Source: Candidatus Bipolaricaulota bacterium (GTDB taxonomy: Bacteria; Bipolaricaulota; Bipolaricaulia; RBG-16-55-9). From it: DNA of 64,000 nucleotides. The stretch lies in the NCBI GenBank assembly GCA_026982655.1, contig JALSGO010000083.1, positions 30-64,029 on the forward strand, read 5' to 3'. Made by a program: the position numbers and the translations under genes. Numbering within the stretch: the stretch's first letter is position 1; each line of letters starts with the position of its first letter. The notes beneath the pieces were generated by a model that did no database searches, was not told where the DNA came from, and saw only the letters and a program-made list of their open reading frames with translations. Shown piece by piece: positions 28,905 through 38,722 of this stretch.

Positions 28905-28940
28905 GCAAGGAGCAAGCAAGCAAGCAAGCAAACAAGCAAG
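28905..28940. repeat. (CAAG)n tetranucleotide microsatellite (~8 units, one imperfect) ending at the RBS of the ABC substrate-binding protein gene
   Basis: gcaagcaagcaagcaagcaaacaagcaagg read directly. Confidence 0.8.
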
Positions 28941-28951
28941 GAGGGAGAACG

Positions 28952-30565
28952 ATGGCTACGACCGCAAGGGATGTCGTCGTCCGGTGGGCACAGCGTGGGG
29001 GCCGTGCCCTGATCGTCGTGGGCCTAGGGGTCCTGGGGTTGCTGGGAGCCCTGGGGTGGGAGAGCGGGACGACGGCCGTTGGACAGGGTGCCTCCGAACT
29101 CGTCATCGGCGTGGCCAAGGACCAATATCGTCTCGAAGGGGACGCGGCCGCCTTGGGGGTTTACCCCTTGAACGCGAACATCACCGAGACGCTGGTGCGT
29201 CTCACCCCGGACTTCCAGATCATCCCCTGGCTAGCCACCTCGTGGGAGTACGTCGGGGAAAACACCTGGCGGTTCTCCCTGCGCCGGGGGGTCAAGTTCC
29301 ACAACGGGGACGAGATGGACGCCGAAGCCGTCAAGTGGTCGCTGGCCAAACAGCAGCGCTTCCAGCCCCTCTTCCCCGCGGGCGAGGAGAACATCCGCGT
29401 GGTGGACAAGTACACGATCGAGATCACGACCCGCTGGGACTTCCGCCGGGTGGTGGAGGCGCTCACCCACCCGAGCTACGCGATCTACTCACCCAAGGGC
29501 GACCCGGGGCGCAACCCCATCGGGACGGGGCCGTTCCGCCTGGTGGAGTACCGCCAGAACGAGGTCCTCGTCGTGGAGCGCTTCGCAGACTACTGGAACG
29601 CGGAGGAGGCCCCGCGGGTGGACCGCCTCGTCTTCCGCTTCGTCCCCGACGGTTCGACGCGTATCCTCGCGCTCCAGGCCGGCCAAGTCGACCTGATCGT
29701 GCCGGTCCCGCGCGAGAACGCCGCCGCGCTGGCTCAGCAGCCGGGCATCACCGTCTATCAAGCCCCTGCGAACGCTTACTACGCGCTCTACTTCGCCACC
29801 AAGGACCAAGTCCCACCCTATGATACCCTCACCGACCCTCGGGTGCGCAAGGCCGTCAACTACGCGATCGACCGGGAGACGATCGTCGAGCAGATCTACT
29901 CGGGCTTCGCCGAGGTGGCCAAGACCCTCACGCCGCCCGCCGTGCTCCCCGAAGTCGACGCCGGGGTAGAGGGCTTCTCGTTCTCCCCGGAGCGCGTGGC
30001 CGAGCTGCTCACGGAGGCGGGCTACACCCGCGGAGCCGACGGCTTCTGGGAGAAGGACGGCGAGCCGCTCGCCCTGACGCTGGTGTCGGGCTTCCCGCCC
30101 GCCAGCATCATCAAGCCCCTGCCGGAGGTCCTCCAGGCGATGCTCGAGGACCAGGGCATCCGGGTGCGCCTCGTCGAGTTCGACGACATCGGGGCCTACT
30201 ACGACTACGTCGACACCGGGGAGCTCCACATGGTCATCGAATCGGGCAGCTGGAACATGCCCGACCCCTCGTTCATCCCCTTCGGGCTCTTCTGCTCCTG
30301 CAACACCGAGGGGGAGGCCATCCTCTACCAGCGCTTCTGGATCAACGAGGCGTTCGAGCAAGAGGTCATGCGCATGGTCTCCGCCGAGGACCGGGCCGAG
30401 GTCGTAGAGGCCGCCGTCCGGGCCGCCCAGATCCTGGTCGACGAGTTCACGGGGGTGGGCCCGATCGCCTACATCCCGAACCTGATCGCCGCCCGCGATG
30501 AGGTCCAGGGGGTGGTCGTCCACCCGGCGGCCGTCCACCAGCGCTGGACGGGGATGGGCAAGTAA
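28952..30565 (+). CDS. ABC transporter substrate-binding protein, family 5 (peptide/nickel/opine; DppA/NikA-like)
   Basis: Signal/TM N-terminus then SBP_bac_5 fold hallmarks across ~535 aa; GGAGGGAG RBS; start ATG 28952 (longer ORF upstream is an extension). Confidence 0.8.
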   Translation: MATTARDVVVRWAQRGGRALIVVGLGVLGLLGALGWESGTTAVGQGASELVIGVAKDQYRLEGDAAALGVYPLNANITETLVRLTPDFQIIPWLATSWEYVGENTWRFSLRRGVKFHNGDEMDAEAVKWSLAKQQRFQPLFPAGEENIRVVDKYTIEITTRWDFRRVVEALTHPSYAIYSPKGDPGRNPIGTGPFRLVEYRQNEVLVVERFADYWNAEEAPRVDRLVFRFVPDGSTRILALQAGQVDLIVPVPRENAAALAQQPGITVYQAPANAYYALYFATKDQVPPYDTLTDPRVRKAVNYAIDRETIVEQIYSGFAEVAKTLTPPAVLPEVDAGVEGFSFSPERVAELLTEAGYTRGADGFWEKDGEPLALTLVSGFPPASIIKPLPEVLQAMLEDQGIRVRLVEFDDIGAYYDYVDTGELHMVIESGSWNMPDPSFIPFGLFCSCNTEGEAILYQRFWINEAFEQEVMRMVSAEDRAEVVEAAVRAAQILVDEFTGVGPIAYIPNLIAARDEVQGVVVHPAAVHQRWTGMGK

Positions 30566-30651
30566 CCCGGGCGGCAAACGCAAAGCGCGCAAGGCTTGCG
30601 TGAGGCTCCGGGGGACGAGGGACAGTCCGGAGGGGCAGGAGGGCGAACGGC

Positions 30652-31584
30652 GTGTTGCGCTATCTCGCCTCGCGTCTGGTGCAGCTGGGGGTCGTCTTGT
30701 TCGCCATCACGGTACTGAGCTTCGCCCTCCTGCACCTGGCCCCCGGCGACCCGGCCCAGATCCTCCTACGCAACCAGGGGGCGCTGCTCACCCAGACGAC
30801 CGTCGAGAAGATGCGGGCGGAGCTGGGGCTGGATCAGCCCCTTCCCGTGCAGTATTGGAGGTGGTTGAGGGGCGCCGTGCGCTTGGATTTCGGGGTCTCT
30901 TTCCGGACGGGGCAACCCGTCGCCGAGCTGCTCCTCGGGCGCTTGGGGGCGACGGTGGAGCTGGCCGCGGCGGCGTTGGTCCTGGCCCTGCTGTGGTCGG
31001 TGCCCTTGGGCATCCTCGCCGCCGTCTATCGGGACACCCTCCTCGACCACGCGAGCCGTCTGCTCGCGCTGGTAGGGGCGTCCATGCCCAGCTTTTGGCT
31101 TGGACTTCTGCTCATCTACGCCTTCGCCGTCCAATTGGGTTGGTTTCCCGTCCTGGGCCGGGGGTCGCTGGCCCACCTGGTGCTCCCTGCGATCACCCTT
31201 GCGTTGAGCTTGGCCCCCGTCTACATGCGCCTGATCCGGGCGAACCTCTGCGATGCGCTGCGGGAAGACTACATCCGGACCGCGCGGGCCAAAGGGGCCT
31301 CCGAGCGGCGGGTGATCCTGCGCCACGGGCTGCGGACGGCCCTCATCCCCGTGGTCACCCTCTTCGGGATGACGCTGGCCCACTTGTTGGGCGGCACCGT
31401 CGTGGTCGAGACGATCTTCGCTTGGCCGGGGATTGGCCAGCTCGCCGTCGAGGCGATCCTGAACCGAGACTTTCCCGTTGTCCAGGCCTTTGTGCTGCTC
31501 CTGTCCCTCGCCTTCGCGCTGGCCAACCTGGCCGTCGACCTCTTCTACGTCTTGCTGGACCCGCGGATCCGAGTGGAGGGATAG
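30652..31584 (+). CDS. ABC transporter permease (DppB/NikB-like)
   Basis: Six TM helices, EAA-like motif (ARAKGASERRVILRHGLRTALIP). Confidence 0.85.
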   Translation: MLRYLASRLVQLGVVLFAITVLSFALLHLAPGDPAQILLRNQGALLTQTTVEKMRAELGLDQPLPVQYWRWLRGAVRLDFGVSFRTGQPVAELLLGRLGATVELAAAALVLALLWSVPLGILAAVYRDTLLDHASRLLALVGASMPSFWLGLLLIYAFAVQLGWFPVLGRGSLAHLVLPAITLALSLAPVYMRLIRANLCDALREDYIRTARAKGASERRVILRHGLRTALIPVVTLFGMTLAHLLGGTVVVETIFAWPGIGQLAVEAILNRDFPVVQAFVLLLSLAFALANLAVDLFYVLLDPRIRVEG

Positions 31585-31587
31585 GGC

Positions 31588-32415
31588 GTGTGGAGACGGC
31601 TTCGGAGGGATCGGCTGGCCTGGGTGGGGCTCCTCCTCCTTGGGGGCATCGGCGCCGCGGCCCTGTTCGCCCCGTGGCTGACGGACCGGGATCCCCTCGA
31701 GACCGACTTCCTCCGGCGCTTCGAGCCGCCGAGCCGGGAGCACCCCTTGGGCACCGACCAGCTGGGGAGGGATCTGCTCGCCCGCTTGCTCTACGGCGCC
31801 CGCTACACCCTGGGGGCGGGCTTGGCGGCCTTGGTCCTCATCCTTACGGTGGGCACGGCGGTCGGCTTGGGGGCCGGACTCGTGGGAGGGCGCGTGGACG
31901 CCTTTCTGATGCGGATTGTGGACGTCCTGCTCGCCTTCCCCGGACTGATCTTGGCGTTGGCGATCGTCGGAATGCTGGGGCCCAGCTTGGGCAACGTGCT
32001 GATCGGAATCGCGGCCGTAAGCTGGGCTTCGTACGCTCGGGTGGTGCGGGGGTTGGTGCTCAGCCTGCGGGAACGGGAGTTCGTCGAAGCCGCCCGCGCC
32101 TTGGGCGCCCCTCGCCTCTGGGTGGCGCGACGGCACATCCTGCCCCATGTGCTCCCGACGGTCGTGGTGCTGGCCAGCCTCGATCTGGGCAACCTGCTGT
32201 TGGCCATCTCGGCGCTCTCCTTCCTCGGCGTCGGCGCGCAGGCTCCCACCCCGGAGTGGGGACGCATGCTCAACGACGCGCGGGCCTTCCTCTGGCAGGC
32301 TCCCCACCTGATGCTCTTTCCCGGGTTGGCCCTCTTCTTGGTGGTGCTCGCCTGTAACTTCTTGGGGGACGGGCTGCGCGATCTGCTCGATCCGCACCTT
32401 CGACAAGGGAGCTGA
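31588..32415 (+). CDS. ABC transporter permease (DppC/NikC-like)
   Basis: N-terminal DppC-type segment, EAA motif (EAARALGAPRLWVARRHILPHV). Confidence 0.85.
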   Translation: MWRRLRRDRLAWVGLLLLGGIGAAALFAPWLTDRDPLETDFLRRFEPPSREHPLGTDQLGRDLLARLLYGARYTLGAGLAALVLILTVGTAVGLGAGLVGGRVDAFLMRIVDVLLAFPGLILALAIVGMLGPSLGNVLIGIAAVSWASYARVVRGLVLSLREREFVEAARALGAPRLWVARRHILPHVLPTVVVLASLDLGNLLLAISALSFLGVGAQAPTPEWGRMLNDARAFLWQAPHLMLFPGLALFLVVLACNFLGDGLRDLLDPHLRQGS

Positions 32416-32478
32416 CGGATGCCGGATCCGTTCCCGCCCTTGACAACCCGGGTCGGTCGTGGTATCGTAGGATCGCCT

Positions 32479-32502
32479 TTCCCACCCCACCGGGGGTGGG
32501 AA
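32479..32502 (+). promoter_or_regulatory. CsoR-type operator, perfect 10-bp-arm inverted repeat TTCCCACCCC-ACCG-GGGGTGGGAA
   Basis: Read directly; same architecture (CCCACCCC-N4-GGGGTGGG) as characterised CsoR operators; 28 nt upstream of the Rieske gene start. Confidence 0.6.
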
Positions 32503-32530
32503 GAGCCCGAGGAAAGGGGAGGGATCTCTC

Positions 32531-33181
32531 GTGAAAGCGCGGAAGAAACGGCCCGAGGAGGAGCGGTGGGAACTCTCGCCGGAGGCGCGTCGACTGAGCC
32601 GGCGGAAGTTCCTGGCTCGCTTGGGCCTGGGCTCGCTGGTCCTCACGGCGGGAGGAGCGGTCAGCAGCATCGGCGCCTACATCCTGCCGAAGGTGAACTT
32701 TGAGCCCTCTCAAGCGTTTACCGCCGGGCGACCGGAGGACTACAACGTCGGGGACGTGCGGCTGATCGAATCCCAGGCCGTGTTCATCTTCCGCACGCCC
32801 TATGGCTTTCAGGCCGTCTCGGACATCTGCACCCACCTGGGGTGCGCCTATCAGCCGTACGGCCCGCCGGACGACGAGTACCCCCAGGTCCATGCCCATT
32901 GCCCCTGTCACGGGTCGGTCTTCGCGCGGGACGGGCGGGTGTTGCGGGCTCCCGCTCCTCGGCCCGTGCCCTTCTACTACATGACGATCAACCCATCGGG
33001 CTTGCTGGTGGTGGACAAGGGGGTCTACGATCCCACGGACGAGCTGAGCCGCCAGAGCGGCGAGGGGGTAGGGCACAACCTCTATCTCGACCCCGAGACG
33101 GGGCAGATGGTAGAGGGTCCGCTGCCCACCGGCGAGGACCTCCGGTTCGGAGCGATCCGAACCGAGCCCTCTCGAGGCTGA
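32531..33181 (+). CDS. Rieske [2Fe-2S] iron-sulfur protein with twin-arginine signal
   Basis: SRRKFLARLG Tat motif; CTHLGC...CPCHGS Rieske boxes; AGGGGAGGG RBS. Confidence 0.8.
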   Translation: MKARKKRPEEERWELSPEARRLSRRKFLARLGLGSLVLTAGGAVSSIGAYILPKVNFEPSQAFTAGRPEDYNVGDVRLIESQAVFIFRTPYGFQAVSDICTHLGCAYQPYGPPDDEYPQVHAHCPCHGSVFARDGRVLRAPAPRPVPFYYMTINPSGLLVVDKGVYDPTDELSRQSGEGVGHNLYLDPETGQMVEGPLPTGEDLRFGAIRTEPSRG

Positions 33182-33268
33182 AGCCCGCGGGTGCGGAACG
33201 GGCGTGGAATAGAGAGAACAAAGAAGGAAGGCAAAGAAAGAATCTCCCAACGATGGAGGTGCTGTTCG

Positions 33269-35848
33269 GTGCAGAGATCGCAGGCACAGGCGAGGACGGC
33301 GACGGAGAAACGGGAGCAAAGCTCCGCGGACACGCGTCTGGAGCTCCCCATCCGCGGGATGACGTGCGCTTCGTGCGTGGCCCGGGTCGAGCGGGCGCTC
33401 CAAGGCGCGCCCGGCGTCCGGGAGGCCCAGGTGAACTTCGCCGCGGAGCGCGCGTCCGTGGTGCTCAACCCGGAGGCGGGCTCCCCGGAAGCGCTGGTGG
33501 AGGCCGTCCGCGAGGCCGGCTATGAGGTCCCCACCGAGGCGCTCACCCTGCGGGTAAAGGGGATGACGTGCGCTTCGTGCGTGGCCCGGGTCGAGCGGGC
33601 GCTTCGCGAGGTCCCGGGAACCTTGAAGGCCGCGGTCAACTTCGCCGCGGAGACGGCCCAGATCGAGTACCTCCCCGGGGTGGCCTCGCCGCAGGACTAC
33701 CTCCAGGCCGTCCGGGACGCGGGCTACGAGGCCCAGCTCGCCGAGGAGGAGCGGGGCGAGGACGCGCTGGAGCGCCAGAGGCGGGAACACGAGGCCCATC
33801 TCAAGAAGCTCCGCCTTAAGATCGCCGTCGGTGCGATCATCAGCGTCCCCGTCTTCTTCGGCAGCTACCCCAAGCTCTTCCCCTGGGTGCCGGAGATCCT
33901 GCAGAACTTCTACGTGCTCTGGGCGCTGACCACCCCGGTGCAGTTCTGGGTCGGCTGGCAGTTCTACAAGGGGACCTGGGCGGCCTTAAAGCACAAGTCC
34001 GCGGACATGAACACGCTGATCGCCGTCGGCACCTCCGCGGCCTACCTCTACAGCGTGCTCCTCATCTTGTTCCCCCGGTTCTTCGAGGCCCAGGGGATCG
34101 CCCGGGAAGTGTACTTTGACACCTCGACGATCATCATCACCCTCATCCTGGTGGGGCGGTATCTCGAGGCCGTGGCCAAGGGACGCACCTCGGAGGCCAT
34201 CCGCAAGCTCATGGGGCTCCAAGCCAAGACGGCCCGCGTGGTCCGCGACGGGCGCGAGATCGAGATCCCCGTCGAGGAGGTCCAGGTCGGCGACATCGTG
34301 GTGGTGCGCCCCGGCGAGAAGGTGCCTGTAGACGGCGTGGTGATCGAGGGCTCCTCCGCGGTGGACGAGTCGATGGTCACGGGCGAGTCGATCCCCGTGG
34401 AGAAGGGCCCCGGCGACGAGGTGATCGGGGCGACGATCAACAAGACGGGGACCTTTACCTTCAAGGCGACCCGAGTGGGCAAGGACACCTTCCTGAGCCA
34501 GATCATCAAGCTGGTCGAGGAGGCCCAGGGCTCGAAGGCCCCCATCCAGCGCCTGGTCGACAAGGTGACGGGCGTCTTCGTCCCGGCGGTGATGCTCATC
34601 GCCTTGGGGACGTTCGTCGTGTGGTACTTCTTCGGGCCGCACCCCGCTTTGACCTATGCGCTGCTCAACGCCGTGTCGGTGCTGATCATTGCCTGCCCCT
34701 GCGCGCTGGGGCTGGCCACTCCGACGTCCATCATGGTGGGGATGGGCAAGGGGGCCGAGCACGGCATCTTGATTCGCAGCAGCGAGGCGCTCGAGCGGGC
34801 GGGCAAGATACAGACCATCGTCTTCGACAAGACGGGGACGCTCACCCGCGGAGAGCCCCAACTGACGGACATCCTCCCCGCGGAGGGCTTCACGGAGGCC
34901 GAGGTGCTCCGACTGGCGGCGGCCGCGGAGCGGCGGAGCGAGCACCCCCTGGGGGAGGCGATCGTCCGAGGCGCCGAGGAGCGGGGGTTGGACTTGGCCG
35001 AGCCGGAGGGCTTCCAGGCGATCCCGGGCCACGGCATCGAGGCCACGGTCGAGGGGCACCGGGTGCTGTTGGGCAACCGGCGGCTCATGGAACGGGAGGG
35101 CGTCGACGTGCGCGCCTTGCAGGCCCAACTGGAGCGACTGGCCGACGAGGGCAAGACCCCCATGATCGTGGCCGTCGACGGCCGGGCAGCCGGGGTGCTG
35201 GCCGTGGCCGACACCCTCAAGGAGGGCTCCCGAGAGGCGATCGAGGCGCTGCACCGGTTGGGCATCGAGGTGGCGATGATCACGGGCGACAACCGGCGCA
35301 CCGCCGAGGCGATCGCCCGCCAGGTGGGGATCGATCGGGTGCTGGCCGAGGTGCTCCCCCAGGACAAGGCCAAGGAGGTCAAGCGCCTCCAGCAGGAGGG
35401 CCGGGTGGTGGCCATGGTGGGCGACGGGATCAACGACGCGCCCGCGCTGGCCCAGGCCGACGTGGGGATCGCCCTGGGGACGGGGACGGACATCGCCATC
35501 GAGACGGCCGAGGTCATCCTGATCTCGGGCGACGTGCGCGGGGTGGTGACCGCCATCGCCCTCTCCCGGGCCACGATCCGCAACATCAAGCAGAACCTCT
35601 TCTGGGCCTTCTTCTACAACACGGCGCTCATCCCTGTGGCCGCCGGGGTGCTCTACCCGTTCACGGGCCTGTTGCTCAACCCCATCCTCGCCGCGGCGGC
35701 GATGGCCACCAGCTCCGTCTCCGTGGTGACGAACGCCCTGAGGCTGCGGCGGTTCCGCCCCCCGGTCGTCCAGGGACCGCCCGGCCCCTCGCGCGGGGAG
35801 CCGCGCCCCGACTCCGTCCCGGTCCCGGCGGCCGGAGCGGGCCGCTAG
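33269..35848 (+). CDS. copA: Copper-translocating P1B-type ATPase with two N-terminal HMA domains
   Basis: Two [12 protein letters not shown] (MxCxxC) domains, TGES, CPC in TM6, [19 protein letters not shown]; GTG start chosen (ORF opens at 33191). Confidence 0.9.
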   Translation: MQRSQAQARTATEKREQSSADTRLELPIRGMTCASCVARVERALQGAPGVREAQVNFAAERASVVLNPEAGSPEALVEAVREAGYEVPTEALTLRVKGMTCASCVARVERALREVPGTLKAAVNFAAETAQIEYLPGVASPQDYLQAVRDAGYEAQLAEEERGEDALERQRREHEAHLKKLRLKIAVGAIISVPVFFGSYPKLFPWVPEILQNFYVLWALTTPVQFWVGWQFYKGTWAALKHKSADMNTLIAVGTSAAYLYSVLLILFPRFFEAQGIAREVYFDTSTIIITLILVGRYLEAVAKGRTSEAIRKLMGLQAKTARVVRDGREIEIPVEEVQVGDIVVVRPGEKVPVDGVVIEGSSAVDESMVTGESIPVEKGPGDEVIGATINKTGTFTFKATRVGKDTFLSQIIKLVEEAQGSKAPIQRLVDKVTGVFVPAVMLIALGTFVVWYFFGPHPALTYALLNAVSVLIIACPCALGLATPTSIMVGMGKGAEHGILIRSSEALERAGKIQTIVFDKTGTLTRGEPQLTDILPAEGFTEAEVLRLAAAAERRSEHPLGEAIVRGAEERGLDLAEPEGFQAIPGHGIEATVEGHRVLLGNRRLMEREGVDVRALQAQLERLADEGKTPMIVAVDGRAAGVLAVADTLKEGSREAIEALHRLGIEVAMITGDNRRTAEAIARQVGIDRVLAEVLPQDKAKEVKRLQQEGRVVAMVGDGINDAPALAQADVGIALGTGTDIAIETAEVILISGDVRGVVTAIALSRATIRNIKQNLFWAFFYNTALIPVAAGVLYPFTGLLLNPILAAAAMATSSVSVVTNALRLRRFRPPVVQGPPGPSRGEPRPDSVPVPAAGAGR

Positions 35849-35923
35849 AGGGCAGAGCGGACGACCGTCGATCGCCCTTGCCCTCGCAACCACAACGAAG
35901 AAGAGAAGAGAGGAGAGGAGAGG

Positions 35924-36238
35924 ATGACCGAAGAACTACTGGTGTTGTTACAGCAGGGGAGCCTGGCGGCCCACCCGGAGGCGAAGCGCCACGCCCAGCG
36001 GCTCGTCCGCACCGTCATCGGCCACACCCAGGGCATCGAGCGGATGATCGAGGAAGAGCGATACTGCATCGACATCTTAAAGCAGATCGCCGCGGTGCAG
36101 GGGCTGCTGACCAAGCTGGCCCACACCGTAAGCGAAGCCCACATGAAACACTGCGTGCGACTGGCCATCGAGGAGGGCCACGGCGAGGAGGCCGTTGAAG
36201 AACTGATGGAGACGCTGAAATACCTGCGGAGCGTATAG
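35924..36238 (+). CDS. csoR: CsoR family Cu(I)-sensing transcriptional repressor
   Basis: ~104 aa; Cys (RYC) and H-x3-C (AHMKHC) with C-to-H spacing of 25 as in M. tuberculosis CsoR C36/H61/C65; no N-terminal His cluster (not RcnR). Confidence 0.8.
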   Translation: MTEELLVLLQQGSLAAHPEAKRHAQRLVRTVIGHTQGIERMIEEERYCIDILKQIAAVQGLLTKLAHTVSEAHMKHCVRLAIEEGHGEEAVEELMETLKYLRSV

Positions 36239-36245
36239 TTCCCCC

Positions 36246-38663
36246 ATGGGGTGGCTGGACGGCCTGCTGCGCCATCGTGGGCTCGTGCTGGGGGCGGCTT
36301 TGCTGCTCACCGTTCCGGCGCTCCTGTCTCTCAGTCGATTGGAGTCCCAGGACACCTACGATGCTTGGTTCCCCCCGGACGACCCGGCGTATCGCTTCTA
36401 TCGGGAGTTCCAGCGGCGGTTTGAGAACGACATGTTCATCGTGGTGGCCTATCGAGACGAGACCCTCTTCACCCGGGAGGGGCTGGCGTTCCTCGCGGAG
36501 CTCACCGCCCGTCTTGCGGAGCTCCCCTACGTGCGGGAGGTGACCAGCCTCACGAACGTCGAGCACGTCCGGGGGGAAGAGCAGGCGCTCATCGTCGAAC
36601 CCCTCGTCCCCGATCCGGAGCGCCTCGATCCCGACGTCGTCCGGCAACGGGCCCTCTCGCGCCCCCTCTACCGCGGGCTGCTGATCTCCGAGGACGGGAC
36701 GACGACCGCGGTCGTCGCCGAACTCGACCGGATCGCCTCCATGGACGAGGAGGCCGCTCTGGTGGGGGCCCTCAAGGACCTCCTGCGCACGCTGGAGGTC
36801 CGAACGGGCAAGTCCTTCTACATCGGGGGCTATCCCGTCCTCGACGTCGAGATCATGCAGGCTTCCGAGCGGGATATCCGGACGTTCATCCCCTTGACCG
36901 TCGGGGCCATCTTCCTCGTATTGTGGGGGGTCTTCCGCCGACCGTCGCTGGCCGCCCTGGCGTTCGTGTCCGTCTCGCTGGCGCTGGCTTGGACCTTCGG
37001 GCTGTACGCCGGCCTGGGTCTTAAGTACAGCATGATGCTGAGCATCCTGCCCACGATCATCCTCGCCATCGGGATTGCGGATGCGGTACACATCTTGGTC
37101 CACTACTACGAGGAGCTCGCCCGGGGGCGGCCGCAGCGGGAGGCCCTCCGTCAGACCCTACGAAAGATGCTCCGCCCCTGTCTGTTCACGACGCTGACGA
37201 CCGGAGCCGGGTTCATCTCGTTCTTGAGCAGCGATATCCCCGTGGTGCGGCTGACGGGGCTCTTTGCCGCGGTGGGCATCGGGCTTGCGTTCGTGCTCAC
37301 GGTGCTCGTGCTGCCCGCAGCCGTCTCGTTTTTCCGCCCGCCGCACGGGACGGCCCGGCGACGGTCTCAGGGCACGTTCGCTCGGGCCTTGGAGGGGCTG
37401 ACCCGAACGACCCTGGCCCACCCGCGCGCCGTGCTCCTGGGGGCCGGGATCGTGCTCGTCTTCGGCCTGTACGGGATCTCCCGCTTGGAAGCCGAGACGC
37501 TGGGCCTGGAGTGGCTGCGCGACGACCACCCCCTCCAGCAGAGCTATCGCTTCATCGAGGAGAACCTCACCGGGCTGTACAACCTCGAGCTCATCGTCGA
37601 GGGCGAACGGGACGCGCTCCGCTCCCCCGAGATGCTCCGCCGGATCGAGGAACTCAGTGCGTTTGCGCTCCAACAGCCGGGCGTGCGCAAGGCGATCTCC
37701 GTGGTCGACTACGTCAAAGAGATCCACCGGGCGCTCCGCGGGGGAGATCCCCGGTACTACACGATCCCGGACACGGCCCGCGACGTCGCGCAGGCGTTGT
37801 TGCTCTACGAGTTCTCCGGGGGACGCGAGCTGCGCGAGATCGTAAGCGGCGACTACAGCGCCGGACGACTCACCCTGCTGCTGGATGCCCTCTCCAGCCG
37901 GGAGTACACCGAGCTCAACCGACGCATCCTCGAGCGCGCCGAGACGTTGGACTTCCCTCGGCCCGTGCAGGCAACCGGTGCAGTGGTCCTGGTCGAGGCG
38001 ATGCTCAAGAAGCTCACCCTCAGCCAGGTCCGGAGCTTGGGGTTGGCTTTGGCCCTGATCACCTTGCTTATGATCGCCCTGTTGCGCTCCTGGAAGTTGG
38101 GGCTGCTCAGCTTGATCCCCAACGGGCTGCCGATCCTGCTGATGTTTGCGACCATGGGCCTGCTCTCCATCCCCCTGGACGCGGCGACGTCCACGGTCGC
38201 GGGGATGGCTTTAGGGATCGCCGTGGACGACACGATCCACTTCTTGACCCGCTTCCGACGCGAACTGAACGTGACGGGCGACTATCGCCGGGCGCTCACG
38301 CAGACGGCCCGGACGGTCGGCCAGGCGATCGTGTTCACGTCCGTGATCCTGCTGGCCGGCTTCAGCGTGCTGTTGCTGGGCAGCTTCAAGGGAACGGTGT
38401 ATATGGGGTTGCTCGTCGGGCTCACGATGCTCTTCGCGCTCGTAGGGGATTTGGTGCTCCTACCCGCGCTGCTCTGGGTCCTCAAGCCCCTCCCTGTGTC
38501 CGCAGCTGCTTCGACCCCGGCTCCGGCTCCGATGGCGGACGATGGCCGATCAGCTTCCGACCAGAGGAGGTTGAGGGAGGTCATGGACGACGCCCCCCGG
38601 GTGCAGGGTACGCTTATGCGTGGCCGGGACGAGGAAACAGGAGCCCGCGAAGCCGGCAGGTGA
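36246..38663 (+). CDS. RND superfamily transporter, MMPL/HpnN-like (12 TM, two periplasmic loops)
   Basis: 805 aa with duplicated 6-TM bundles and MMPL-type motifs (GIGIADAVHIL..., GIAVDDTIHFLTRF). Confidence 0.8.
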   Translation: MGWLDGLLRHRGLVLGAALLLTVPALLSLSRLESQDTYDAWFPPDDPAYRFYREFQRRFENDMFIVVAYRDETLFTREGLAFLAELTARLAELPYVREVTSLTNVEHVRGEEQALIVEPLVPDPERLDPDVVRQRALSRPLYRGLLISEDGTTTAVVAELDRIASMDEEAALVGALKDLLRTLEVRTGKSFYIGGYPVLDVEIMQASERDIRTFIPLTVGAIFLVLWGVFRRPSLAALAFVSVSLALAWTFGLYAGLGLKYSMMLSILPTIILAIGIADAVHILVHYYEELARGRPQREALRQTLRKMLRPCLFTTLTTGAGFISFLSSDIPVVRLTGLFAAVGIGLAFVLTVLVLPAAVSFFRPPHGTARRRSQGTFARALEGLTRTTLAHPRAVLLGAGIVLVFGLYGISRLEAETLGLEWLRDDHPLQQSYRFIEENLTGLYNLELIVEGERDALRSPEMLRRIEELSAFALQQPGVRKAISVVDYVKEIHRALRGGDPRYYTIPDTARDVAQALLLYEFSGGRELREIVSGDYSAGRLTLLLDALSSREYTELNRRILERAETLDFPRPVQATGAVVLVEAMLKKLTLSQVRSLGLALALITLLMIALLRSWKLGLLSLIPNGLPILLMFATMGLLSIPLDAATSTVAGMALGIAVDDTIHFLTRFRRELNVTGDYRRALTQTARTVGQAIVFTSVILLAGFSVLLLGSFKGTVYMGLLVGLTMLFALVGDLVLLPALLWVLKPLPVSAAASTPAPAPMADDGRSASDQRRLREVMDDAPRVQGTLMRGRDEETGAREAGR

Positions 38664-38722
38664 GCGGCCTGCTCTGCCGGACGAAGCCATTCGGAAGCGA
38701 GAGGAAGGGAGGAAAGGAACTC

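Noticed and set aside
28763-28939. Extra 60 N-terminal residues of the comEC ORF (MLVCLLACLLLASC...)
   Set aside because: They are produced by reading the (CAAG)n microsatellite and the intergenic TGTACCA array on the minus strand. A better start (MARRCPLLY) lies downstream.
28818-28940. Possible CRISPR-like array (TGTACCA repeats, CAAG repeats). The GAGCAC repeats at 63941-64000 were considered likewise.
   Set aside because: Repeat units are 4-7 nt with no unique spacers. They are far too short for CRISPR and behave as microsatellites or binding-site arrays.
33986-35893. 635-aa minus-strand ORF antisense to copA1. Similar long antisense ORFs are 22893-24047 in dnaK, 52496-54430 in MMPL, 50106-51437, 30766-32670, 1651-3087, 19307-20359 and 25458-26507.
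   Set aside because: In a ~68% GC genome, stop codons are rare on the antisense strand of real genes. These ORFs are Arg/Pro/Gly/Ala-rich, lack RBSs and overlap genes with unmistakable family signatures.
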